Positions 63,901 through 64,000 of a stretch of 64,000 nt of DNA are shown piece by piece. The stretch comes from Azolla caroliniana (lineage: Eukaryota > Plantae > Polypodiophyta). Under the pieces are notes generated by a model, which saw only the letters and a program-made list of their open reading frames with translations, was not told the origin of the DNA and made no database searches. Made by a program: the position numbers and the translations under genes. The stretch is from contig JBHGNT010000017.1 in the NCBI GenBank assembly GCA_043228905.1, positions 13,206,001 to 13,270,000 on the forward strand, given 5' to 3'. The first letter of the stretch is position 1, and each line of letters starts with the position of its first letter.

Positions 63901-64000
63901 ATCCGTTTAAAGACGAAGAGAACCCACAAAATAATGAAAACCAGACAAAAGACGGTACGACATCGTCAGAAAGCGGGGAGGCACCGGAGGCAACCGATTT
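57938..64000 (+). mobile_element. Ty3/gypsy (non-chromovirus type), degenerate; runs off the window end
   Basis: LTR 57938-58341, PBS TGGCGACCAC at 58348; gag with CCHC-like knuckles, IIDG protease, SPIVVVPKKNGKIRVC, FLDDF RT, RNase H (NYSTTERE), then integrase (ISDQG, YPQANGLAE): gypsy order; many stops. Confidence 0.95.

Overview
Plant nuclear DNA, most likely from a non-seed plant such as a fern (inferred from TE make-up only). About two-thirds of the window is nested retroelements: several Ty1/copia families (labelled A, A2, B, B2, C and D here for convenience), a non-chromovirus Ty3/gypsy element and L1 LINE remnants, plus a 100-N scaffold gap at 47768-47867. Two intact host genes sit head-to-head in a central island: a five-bladed beta-propeller glycoside-hydrolase-like gene (minus strand, 2 exons) and a 6-exon RLCK-VII/PBL-type kinase (plus strand, 460 aa). 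The most unusual object is a 2.83-kb insertion (2582-5413) with no recognisable gag-pol, inside a copia LTR. It has TG...CA ends and a 5-bp TSD, but its ends are not direct repeats: the left is a near-perfect 440-bp palindrome followed by a tRNA-Arg-type PBS, the right is the U5 end of a different gypsy family. Also notable: a dual-frame first exon with tandem acceptors in the propeller gene, strong CCGG enrichment in copia family A, a variable 28-bp U3 repeat and variable U5 ends among family-A LTRs, and a copia/gypsy/LINE patchwork. All alignments and counts were done by eye; boundaries of degraded elements are approximate.
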